Part shown: positions 14,136-24,677 of the stretch, one piece after another
Position numbering within the stretch: position 1 is the stretch's first letter
How the letters are laid out: every line of letters begins with the position of its first letter
Origin: Lingula anatina
Lineage: Eukaryota; Animalia; Brachiopoda
DNA length: 64,000 nt
Assembly (NCBI GenBank): GCA_051362555.1
Contig: CM120642.1
Coordinates: forward strand, 2,232,001-2,296,000
Direction: 5' to 3'
Made by a program: the position numbers and the translations under genes
Notes under the pieces: model-generated
Told to the model about the DNA's origin: nothing
The model's database searches: none
Seen by the model: the letters and a program-made list of their open reading frames with translations, nothing else

Positions 14136-14855
14136 TTCATATTAACTGCTTTGAATATTTTTACAGCTTTTTATATATTGTTGGATCTTTGGCAAAATTG
14201 GTAATAGACAGTGGTCCCTCAAAACAAAAGAGAATATCATGTTTAGATTCTTTATTCAATATGTATAAATGTATGTACATATTCCACAGTATGGTATGCA
14301 ACCAGCTTACTAGAGAATTGTTTTATGGAATTTTGCAAATTTAATGGTGTTGGTACTGCAATTTAATTATAAGTTCTATAAGTTATCACAAGTATCCAAT
14401 ATGTCTTGTCAAACTGTTGCGTCACTGTCTTTTTCTTGTGTGAGTTCGAACTCCTGCCAGAATGAGTGGCTAAAACCTCCCTTGGCCAGACCGTGTCCAT
14501 TGTCAGCATACTGCTTTAGTCACTTAATAATTGAAGAATTTCAGACAAAAGTCTTTTGCACATTGTTCAACTTTACTGTGATAAGTCTTTTGTACATTGT
14601 TCAACTTTACTGTGATGGCCTTCTTAACCTCCGCCTGAGTTGTGTTGAACCATTTGCAGATGTATTCTGAAAGATAGACATTGTGAATTTCAATTAATTG
14701 TACATATCTACAAAAATGCAAAATGATGAATGAAAAATTTTCTAATGAGATCAATAATAATCATTGCACCAATTCTATTTTGAGCAATTCATAGCCTTTA
14801 TTAGTTTACTGAATTTTTTTCAAAGACAAGGTATTAAAGCTGGATAATTTGTAAA

Positions 14856-14895
<40 letters not shown>

Positions 14896-15649
14896 TAAAG
14901 AACATGAACATATTTCATAGGACCAAGTCCACAGGAACAATCAGAAATGAATTTTAAAATGCAGGAATTTGCAGTGGAGAAAACTCTACTGTACTCTGGT
15001 TAAATATGCAATTGGGCCATTACAGAGCTGCCAGGGCCAAAAAAGACCCAACAACTATAAGAAAACTCATTTCCGAGGGTAAACAGTAATTCCCTATTCT
15101 CACCAGTCTTTGCTTGACCTAAATCATCAGTCCAAACCACAAAAAAAGCAATCCCCAAGTTAAAATTTATAGCTTTTGTGTAAGCAAAATGGTCAGATTT
15201 TCACAATGCACATTTCATTTCCATTATGTATAGGTTAGCAAAAAATATTTTTAAACAATTTATGGTGTTTACCTCACATTAAGGGTTGAAAAGAAATTAA
15301 AGGGAAAGAAAACTTGGCAAATAAACGATCCTGAGGAACGTGTGAGGTAATGAAATTTGCCCTGACAGCCCCTCTAACATGTTAATTGTATGTTATTTAT
15401 TAGCATGGGTCTTCCTCAGTTATATATCATGATGGTCCCTTGGAGGCAGTTGTGGATAACATCAAATAGATAATTTTTCATAAATCACAAACCAAAAGTT
15501 AAATGAAATGTCATTTTTTTTAGATTCAACTGCATTTAAAGAAATATGAACAATTGATCACAGTTTTTATTTATAAGAAATAAAGAGACTAAACAATGAT
15601 TGCATTATGTATCCTTGTTTCTTCATTATAAATTATAACTTGTTTAATG

Positions 15650-15650
<1 letters not shown>

Positions 15651-15702
<52 letters not shown>
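15651..15702. repeat. (AT)n microsatellite
   Basis: Direct observation. Confidence 0.9.
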
Positions 15703-15707
<5 letters not shown>

Positions 15708-16404
15708 TTTACAAGGTACACTACAAATTAGATCAATTAATTATCTCATTTTCAATTTGATTAGATACCCAAATGATCCAATGCATTACTGTAATACATA
15801 CCTTCCTCAATCTGATTTTTCTACACTCTGTACCCTTCCACTATGCTCCTGAATTTAAACTGTCTTGATAGCTGTACACTCATTTGCTGCTTGTCTCATA
15901 TAAACAAAGACTTAGACAGGATACCACACATCTGATAACACCTAATAGGCGGTTACTGTTACTAGTGTAACAATAGCTACAGGAGTAGTACTAATAATAG
16001 GTGCCAGGCTAACAAAAGAAATTCACAGTTGTTGAATCTGTGGTTATGGCTGGTGGAGTAGGGCATTCTCTAGCTAACATCAGTTGACTGTTAAACCTTA
16101 CAAGCTAGGATCCAAAATATTATTTTGGATCCTAGTTACAAGTGATTGAGCATGGTTTATAATAAAATGTATCTTTATATTATTTTAATTTGTCCCCATT
16201 TCCCATCCTTTATGAGGGACAGTATTATACCCATAATGTTCACTTATACTTTTACATTATATTTCATATATTAGGCAGGATTGCATTTTCACTTTTTAAA
16301 ACAGCCAAGGTCAAGTAAAATCCGATTGAATAAGGTTGACATTCAATATAATAGAAGAAATATGAAGTAAGTGAATATGATCACACAAAAAGTAAAAATA
16401 CATT

Positions 16405-17519
16405 ATATACTGATATTAAGACCAGTTTCATTATTTTTCATTCAACCCAGCTTTATAAAAAATCACTATATGAATTAGCATAGGTTCTATAGAAATTCCT
16501 ATAAGATTTCCTATAGGATCCTATAGGAATTTTTGTAATGGTCTGAAAATATATTAAAAATTATATACTGATATTTAGACCAGTTTCATTATTTTTCATA
16601 TAACCTGGCCTTATAAAAATTCCCTATATGAATTAGCACAGGATTTCCTATACGTTCCTATAGAAATTCCTATTAGATTTCCTATAGGATCCTATAGGAA
16701 TTTTTGTAATGGTATGAACATAAATAAAAAATAAAAATTATATACTAATATTTAGACTAGATTCATTATTTTTATTCAACCCACCCTTATAAAAATTCCC
16801 TGTATGAATTACCATAGGATTTCCTATAGGTTCCTATAGAAATTCCAATAAGATTTCCTATAGGATCCTATAGGAATTTTTGTTATGGTATGAACATAAA
16901 TAAAAAATAAAAATTATATACTAATATTTAGACTAGATTCATTATTTTTATTTAACCCGCCGTTATAAAAATTTCCTGTATGAATTAGCATAGGATTTCC
17001 TATAGGTTCCTATAGAAATTCCAATAAGATTTCCTATAGGATCCTATAGGAATTTTTGTAATGTTCTGAACATATATTAAAAATCAAAATCATATACTGA
17101 TACTTAAACCAGATTCATTATTTTTCATTCAACCCGCCCTTATAAAAATTCCTGTATGAATTAGCATAGGATTTCCTATAGGTTCCTATAGAAATTCCTA
17201 TAAGATTTCCTATAGGATTCTATAGGAATTTTTGTAATATTCTAAACATAAATTAAAATCAAAATCATATACTGATATTTTAACCAGATTCATTATTTTT
17301 CATTCAACCCGGCCTTATAAAAATTCCTTATATGAATTAGCATAGGGTTTCCTATAGGTTCAAATAGAAATTCCTATAAGATTTCCTATAGGTTCCTATA
17401 GAAATTCCTATAAGATTTAATATAGGATCCTATAGGAATTTTTGTAATGGTCTGAACATAAATTAAAAATTAAAATTATATACTGATATTTAGACCAGAT
17501 TCATTATTTTTCATTCAAC
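16405..17519. repeat. ~175-180-bp tandem repeat inside the EnSpm-like element
   Basis: About 6 units of ...TATACTGATATTTAGACCAGATTCATTATTTTTCATTCAACCCGGCCTTATAAAAATT... The array continues at 19302. Confidence 0.9.
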
Positions 17520-17523
17520 CCGG

Positions 17524-19297
17524 TGTCATGTACCAGAAGGTCCCCCATGACAGAAAGTCCGGGACCCATTATTTCAGAAACCAGGGGTCCTTGTATCATG
17601 GTAATTGGATATAATATACAGGGTCCCCCGGACCCTGCATTTAACCGGACCCCACGTTTCATGACAGCTATCACGAAACACAGAGTCCGCCCGTCATACA
17701 GAAGAACTGGGTCTAAAAGCTAGGGTCCTACTGTAGAACAGTAGATATTTAGTAAAAGCGCTTTATATTGACAATCTGGGTATAATAGAATTATAATAAA
17801 GCAAACCCTTGATGCAAGTAAATATAATATAACAAAACGGCGGTGGTTTGCACAACGACCTGGTGGTGTAGTGGACAGCGACACTGGTGATGAGTCTTCT
17901 ATGGTATCCAATGACAGGGAAGTATGCTATAGTAATTTAACAATATGTTGGTTCGAGTCCCACACTGGAGTTGACTTTATGACGCCTCTATTTTCAATCT
18001 TGTTTTTTTTTTTTTAAATTAATAGTTAAATATTCAAATTACTGTCCATTTATTGTGTTTCATTCCGTAATAATATGTTTTATACTCACTTTTTATTACA
18101 TTTCATACCTTTTTTTAATTGGATCTACTTAAAATATATTTCACACATATCCCATTGCATTGTGATGCTTAAGACTTTATATACACGTGACTTATTTGAA
18201 TACCACTCGTACATGTGTGTAAGCAAGTGGTACACAATGAATCGATGCTAAACTGTGCAAAACGTTTCTTTTCTCTAGACTATACGCGTAACTTAGGCTA
18301 CAATGACTACCACTCATAAATGTGTGACAGCTAGCGTTATACAGTGCATCAATGCCAACTTGTGCAAAATATGTATTTTCTGGAAACTGACGACATTAAT
18401 TAGTTATTAAATATACATGCTTATGTAGTGTAATTGAAAATGTACTCAATTAATTTTGTTTAACAATTTATATAAAGTTTTAATTTAAGTTGCATACCCT
18501 AAATTAAAATGGAATCAACCCAAAAGGAATGTATTCCATGTTTCTCAATAACATTAGAAATCTTAATTAAAGTTTTTTCCATTGTGTATTATATGGACAA
18601 CAATAAAGCAAGATTGTATCAACAAGAAAGGATTTCATATCTACATGTACTTAAAAATTTATTTATAATGTGAAACTATGGATTATATTTTTCTCATTTT
18701 AGACGAAGCACTGACACAGATGTTTTATCAAGTTTGCATGATGATGGAAATGCGGGTGACAACGGACAATGAGGAGAAAAAACAATTACTATACTGATTA
18801 ATAAATTAAACTTTTTTGTAAAATCAGGAAGTTCACCAAAGGCACTTATGTATTCTGAATAAATTTATATTTCTTGAGTGATGTTCTTTCTCAATTGCAT
18901 ACAAAAGATAATCCTGCAAATTAAAGTTTATGAAATGCGAACAATGCACATTTATACTACGCGTTACACTTTAACAGAGTTTAATAATGTTTTTTTTTTT
19001 TACCTTTAATTCTTATAATTCTTCCCTCCATATCAGTTAACATCATGTTCAATTTCATTTTTAAATTGCAAGTTTTAAGTGTGAGATTTCATTATTGCTC
19101 TTCAATGCGGACTTTCAGTATTAAAACGTAGGGTCCTAGGACTTTCCGTACTGAAATAGAGTGTCTAGGGGGACTCTACATTTCAGAACATAGAGTCCAG
19201 GACCCGTTATTTCGAGACAGGGAGTCCGCCGGACTCTCAGTTTTAAAACACCGGGTCCGCCGGACCTTAGAATGGTAGGACTCTGTGTTGCTTGACA
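17524..19297. mobile_element. Ginger1-like non-autonomous DNA transposon, copy B (1,774 bp)
   Basis: TGTCA...TGACA with a CCGG TSD (17520-23, 19298-301). Neighbouring satellite units show the empty site CAACCCGGCCTT. Confidence 0.88.
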
Positions 19298-19948
19298 CCG
19301 GCCTTATAAAAATTTCCTATATGAATAAGCATAGGATTTCCTATAGGTTCCTATAGGATTTCCTATAGGATCCTAAAAGATTTCCTATAGGATCCTATAA
19401 GATTTCCTATAGGATTTCCTAAAGGATCCTATAAGATTTCCTATAGGATCCTATAGGAATTTTTGTAATGGTCTGAACATAAATTTTAAAAAATAATTTC
19501 AGCTTCAATGATTTGGTACAAAAACGTTCCTAATGATAGAATATTTTTCCATAAAAGATTACTTTACAAATGATCAATTTTTCAAGATTTCCTTAAAATA
19601 GAAATTAAAGAATTTCTATAGAATCCTATAGATGACTATAAGATTGTGCATTATAAACAATAAAAAGCATTTTTGTTTTAACAGTGATATATAATTGACA
19701 ATTCCACTGATAAAATTGACCTATATCAAATATCTTTTGTTTAGAAAGATATTTGTTTATAAGATATGTATTTTTCTCAAGATTTTAACTTACAACAATT
19801 TCCTATAGGATCCTATAGGAAATCCTATAGGAAAGGTGCCCTATACGATCCTATAAGATTTCCTATAGGATCCTATAGGATCCTATAGGAATCCTATAGG
19901 ATCCTATAGCAAATTTTCGTAAGGGTTTGCAAATAAACAAATGATTAC

Positions 19949-20053
19949 TTCAATTTCCTTTAGTTTCCCCTCCCATGGGCAGCCATCTCCCATGTTAGTG
20001 CAGTCCACTTCTAGTTTCAGGACTTCACGTTCAACAGCTCTGTCGGGATACAC
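19949..20053 (-). CDS. TRAF2-like protein, coding exon 3 (first TRAF-type zinc finger)
   Basis: ttttctag|GTG...GAA|gtaatc, 105 nt, VYPDRAVEREVLKLEVDCTNMGDGCPWEGKLKEIE. This resembles the TRAF2 FPDNAARREV..C..DGCTWKGTLKEYE segment and is in phase with exon 2. Confidence 0.88.
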
Positions 20054-20520
20054 CTAGAAAACATTACATATCTGAACATAACAGCTCTGTCAGGATACAC
20101 CTAGAAAACATATTTCTCTACATAACAGCTCTGTCAGGATATACCTAGAAAACATTATATTTCTGTACATAACAGCTCTGTCGGGATACACCTAGAAAAC
20201 ATTATATATCTGTACATTACATCTCTGTCAGGATACACCTAGAAAACATAACACTTATGTACATAACAGGATACACCTAGAAAACATTAAATATCTGTAC
20301 TTAACAGCTGTGTCAGGATACACCTAGAAAACATTACATGTACATATCTGTACATTATAGCTCTGTCAGGATACACCTAGAAAACATAATATTTCTGTAC
20401 ATAACAGCTCTGTCAGGATACACTTAGAAAACATTATATTTCTGTACATTACAGCTCTGTCAGGATACACCTAGAAAACATTACATTTCTGTACATAACA
20501 GCTCTGCCAGGATACACCTA
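20034..20520. repeat. 47-bp satellite, left arm (~10 units)
   Basis: Unit ACAGCTCTGTCAGGATACACCTAGAAAACATTATATTTCTGTACATA. The first unit overlaps the TRAF exon-3 acceptor. Confidence 0.95.
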
Positions 20521-21475
20521 AGTAGTATAAGAAAAACCCGGACAGTTCTTAAAAAGGATAGGGCCCTGATAGGGCCCTCTAAATGATTGTTTTTCTTATT
20601 TTCTTTTTTTAAAATTTTATGAAAAAATGTTATATTGGCAAAATCAAGTGTGTATACATAAGGATAGATGATTGTTTTAGTATTTCATTGTACTGGATGA
20701 ACAAAAAAGACCCGCATTTGTTATTATTGATCTAAAAAAGAGAGGTGGCATTGTTTGCGGTTCAGTTGAACGCGGCGCATAGTAAACAAACAAGGATCCG
20801 CTAACAGTCAGGTGAGACTATTGTAATGCACAAAGAGAGCAGTATGCAAGCCAAATACTTACAGTATTGTGAGAGTGTGTGGTTCGCAAACACTTAATAG
20901 ATTAAAACCTCACATTTTATTGAAGTAAACTGTATTTGAACGATAGCATCAAATGAATGACACTATGAGCCAGGCAGTGTTATAGTAAAGCAGTATTGTT
21001 TGCTGGTCAAGCAACTGTTGTAGTGGTTTATACGCACAGCCGCATTGAATATTATTTTGATCCATATGAAGCTTTCCCTTTATTTCTAAATGATCACCTT
21101 AGTTTGTACAACAAATAAAACAGTATTGCACGTTGTAAGTGTACATAATCTGTTAAGCACAAGGCGTTTTGGTGACAAAATCCAAAGCATTTTAACAGTA
21201 TTTGTATGATAGTATTCTCTTCGTTAAAAATCTGAGTTTTTCTCTTTCAACTAAAAATTCTACAGTATTTTACCTTTTCAAGGTTAAACATTGCAGTATT
21301 TTTTCTCTTCGTCTTTAAAAATCTGAGTATTTTTTTCTTTCAAGTAAACTTTTACAGAATTTTAGCGATTCAAAGCTAAACCTTGCAGGTTTTTTTCACC
21401 TTGTCTTTAAGAATCTGAGTATTTTTTCTCCTGCAGATGAAACACCATTGTTTTTAATGTAAAAATGAAAAGTAT
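20521..21475 (+). repeat. Left TIR of the Maverick
   Basis: Reverse complement of 29000-29960, with a handful of substitutions and homopolymer differences. The inner part has ~40-bp GAGTATTTT sub-repeats. Confidence 0.95.
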
Positions 21476-23119
21476 TTTCTCTATCAAGTAAAAGTTTTAC
21501 AGCATTTTACCAGTTCAAATGTAAACGTTGGGGTATTTTTTTTTCTCTTCAACTTAAAAAATGGGAAAACATTTTCCCTTTCAAAAAGTATAACAGCATT
21601 TTTCTGATTCAAATTTTTCGTCTTAAAATTAGAATTTTCAGTTGGAAGAACCACACATGAATCCCCAATAAAAGATGTTGTAAACTTTTTAAATATTTCG
21701 AACAATATTTCAAGACATGTTATTACAATAATTGCACAACAGTGACGAAGCCGCCCTATGTCTTTATGAACACTGAAGCTATGTCGGTCAAAAAATGACC
21801 TTCATCAGCTGCAAGTCAGAGAGGGAAAAAATGAAAAACAAGGGAAGAAAGGGGTCGGTCAGCAAAGGTGTCTCACATTTGTTTGGTGATTTTTCATCAA
21901 TGATATCTCGTCATTGTGAATGATTCAAGCCATCTCGGCTTATTTGTATCACGTTTGATCACAAGTGTCTCGCTTGTGTCAAATACGACGTGTGTCCTAA
22001 ATAACCGTCTAGTCTAATCTCTTGTATCGTGTTTAGGAGTACAACTCCAAAGCAAACAGGGATACGAGCTGGAGGAATGAATTGAGCGTGTTAATGGATC
22101 AGGTGTCAAAGGTCGAAATGAACGCATTGGCCTACTTAGGTGTTTATTATATATAGGCTACTCACACTGCACAGGTGTGTTGGGCTCGCAAGCAATGCAT
22201 TGTGAACTCTAAACGAGTTTGTTAGACAAGTTTTGGTAATCTTTAGGCTACATCATATCAGAAAGAGTATGTTCTCTGAGAAATTTGATTTATTAGTTTC
22301 CCAAATACTGAATTTACGGCGGCCCTCCTAATATACGCTCTTTGTTTACAGGTCCTTAGTTACAGCAAATAAAAGATTTCAATGTCACTCGTGCCGAGAT
22401 AAGAAACATCCCAGGCTAAGGGTTTGGGACTAATAATTCACTCGCGTACGGTAGGAAATTCAAACACAAATCCATAAATCGAGTAACACTAACAACAAGC
22501 ATGATTGGTGGCAAAAAAGAAATCATTTTTTAAACAATCATATAGATGTTTTGGCTCATATTGCGATACCTGTAGCTAATTGCACGTAAATTCTTACTAG
22601 TCACAACAATTGTTAGGACTTATTTTCAAATCTGCTGTTAATCTATAAACTTTTTTTTCCAAAATATTTTTCCACGGACACTAAAACTTCTGTCCATGTA
22701 CAATGTAAGTCGATTAATTTTGTATATCATGGAGATTTTTTTATGTTTTGATCATTTTACATTTATTTTGAAACCGATGTCAAAATTTAACATTTGAAAG
22801 TAAAATACAGTTTTTATATTTTACAAAACACATGTAAGCAAATTATATAAAATTCATTTATTCTTCCTTTTGAAATTGCATTTTACATTTCTGTTGATAT
22901 TTGGGCCTGTTTTAACACTTAAAAATGTAATGTGGCATACCCGCACGACGTGTTATGTACATGGCGGTGAAGCGATGCAGTGCTACAAAACAACTTTGAG
23001 CCCAAGCAAGATACACATTTTTTGAAAACGTGACGTCGCGAAATTCTGGTGGTCACACAGACTAAATATCCAGTCGCTTTTTTCAGATTGAACTAAAATT
23101 GAATTCTTCTCTTTTTATG

Positions 23120-23692
23120 ACTTGTTTTTCCTCAGTCTAAAGAGTTGCAGATTCAGTTCAAATAAAAGTTGTCTTGGTTGAAGCCTGGGTCATATTCATG
23201 GTGTTAATACCCAGACTCTAACGGAGCGTTTAGTCCTCAACTTCTTTCCGATTTCATAAGTTCTGTCCCTGCATCTGATTTAGGGGGTAATGGTCCTACT
23301 ATTTTCGGGTACACTCTTCTTAACGACCTAGGGCGCGATCTGCTCTTTTCGATTACACCAACGGCCCATGCGTATTTTGAAAATATTTCAAGCATTGCTG
23401 ACAAGAAACTATATTTTGACATGTTGTTAAGATCAACCCCTTCACATATATCATCAGCTGGAAATCGCTTCATCGTTTGTGCATCTCGTTTAGCCAATAA
23501 CTTTTTCCGTGTGGCTTTCTTTTTTACTTTGCGTGCCTCATGCTTCTGTGCCAGTAAGTTTTCCAAACTAACAGGGCTATGATAGAGTTTCCCTTCGTCT
23601 TCAACCGTCAGTCCCTTACTTCTACAGGTTTTCTTATTAATGTGTCTCCGTTTCATCCTTCCTCTTTCAACCGTTTCGCATAAATGAAGCAC
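23120..23692 (-). pseudogene. Maverick retroviral-like (rve) integrase, heavily decayed
   Basis: VDLNNMSKY..EIFSKYAWAV..KS..SDAGTE aligns by eye to the Polinton INT pattern DLxDM..IDVFSKYAW..SDxGxEF. The first catalytic Asp position reads E. Stops occur downstream of 23237. Confidence 0.6.
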
Positions 23693-23712
23693 AATTATTC
23701 GAATACTGCTTT

Positions 23713-24198
23713 TTAAAATAGAGTGTATGACATTCGATCTGGTGTTTTGTCTACTTTACCAAAGCCTATATTTAACAGTGTTTTCACTGTGCTGGGTGAA
23801 TAATTTGTCTTCTTTTCATATGCGACAAACAACTGCACTAATTCGTGTCGTTTTTCGGGTGGCAGTGGAACGTTTAGTGGATTATTTTGTCTTTTGTCGA
23901 CTGTATTCATAGTACAGTGTGGACTGTGACGCTCGTGTTCGACATCTGCCGCATCTCTCAACGGGTCCCAGTTCTTTAGGTTTAAATTACAATTAAAACA
24001 ACTGACCGTGTCGTCAGATTTGGTTGCATTCGGGTCCCTGTAAAACCCGCTGATGGCTAAAGGTATAGGGTTAATGAGAAGTCTACCAGACCAATCAAGA
24101 AAACTTAGAACTCTATCCTCTTCTTTACAATAGGGTATTCGAAAAAACAAGGGCTTGTCTTCTGATGCACAATCGGGGAATACGTCACTGTCATCCAT
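23713..24198 (-). CDS. Single-BIR-domain (IAP/survivin-like) protein, 161 aa, Maverick cargo
   Basis: EEDRVLSF..W..LAISGFY..DTVSCFNC..LKNW..EHERHSPHC gives the BIR CX2C..HX6C zinc ligands. The ORF is intact, with acaATGg start context and no RING. Confidence 0.88.
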   Translation of the reverse strand: MDDSDVFPDCASEDKPLFFRIPYCKEEDRVLSFLDWSGRLLINPIPLAISGFYRDPNATKSDDTVSCFNCNLNLKNWDPLRDAADVEHERHSPHCTMNTVDKRQNNPLNVPLPPEKRHELVQLFVAYEKKTNYSPSTVKTLLNIGFGKVDKTPDRMSYTLF

Positions 24199-24269
24199 TG
24201 TTTCCGACGAAATAGTGACCTATGACAAAATTACTGTTGTGAACGATATTTTATTAAAAGCAATATTTT

Positions 24270-24620
24270 CAGTAGCCAATCAGAAACAAGGACACATATC
24301 TTTAATGAAACCAATGAAGTTGTAGTTTGATCTTTTTCAACCAAAATAATGTCCCACACGTAAATCTATTTTAGATATGATGTAAAAATCAACCAATCAA
24401 ACTGCAGTATTGTATAATTTCAACCAATCAAATGCCTCACACGTAAATCTATTTTAAGATATGACGTCATAATCAACCAATCATGTGGCCGTATTGTATT
24501 ATTTCAAGCCAATTAAATGCCTCACACGTAAATCTATTTTTAGATATGATGTCATAATCAACCAATAGAATTGCTAGTTGCAACATATAAATCGTTTGTT
24601 TATGTATTAGCCAATCTTTT
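24270..24620. promoter_or_regulatory. Putative bidirectional promoter between BIR and pPolB, with three ~84-bp repeats
   Basis: About 8 CCAAT boxes, three CACACGTAAATCTATTTT units and one perfect TGACGTCA (~24462) lie between divergent ATGs at 24198 and 24678. Confidence 0.6.
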
Positions 24621-24677
24621 TTGAATGCACAGTTTTATATCTGGAGTGTAACAAGTTACATATTCATTGCAGCAACC

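Larger units (their letters stand above)
13778..19925. mobile_element. EnSpm/CMC-like non-autonomous element with palindromic CCTATAGG subterminal arrays
   Basis: Termini CCCTGACGAAAATTT / AAATTTTCGTAAGGG with TT on both sides (possible 2-bp TSD). CCTATAGG arrays lie at both ends. Confidence 0.65.

Noticed and set aside
14340-16080. Spliced BEN-domain-like accessory gene remnant in the EnSpm-like element (TQAEVKKAITVKLNN)
   Set aside because: Only one short suggestive motif, with stops and an internal duplication. I cannot support it without a profile search.
17861-17970. Functional tRNA gene
   Set aside because: A and B boxes are present, but I could not form a cloverleaf and the two copies differ strongly between the boxes.
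21476-23120. Possible capsid, ATPase or protease genes in the Maverick
   Set aside because: No ORF over ~75 aa and no recognisable motif by eye. A profile search is still needed to exclude remote relics.
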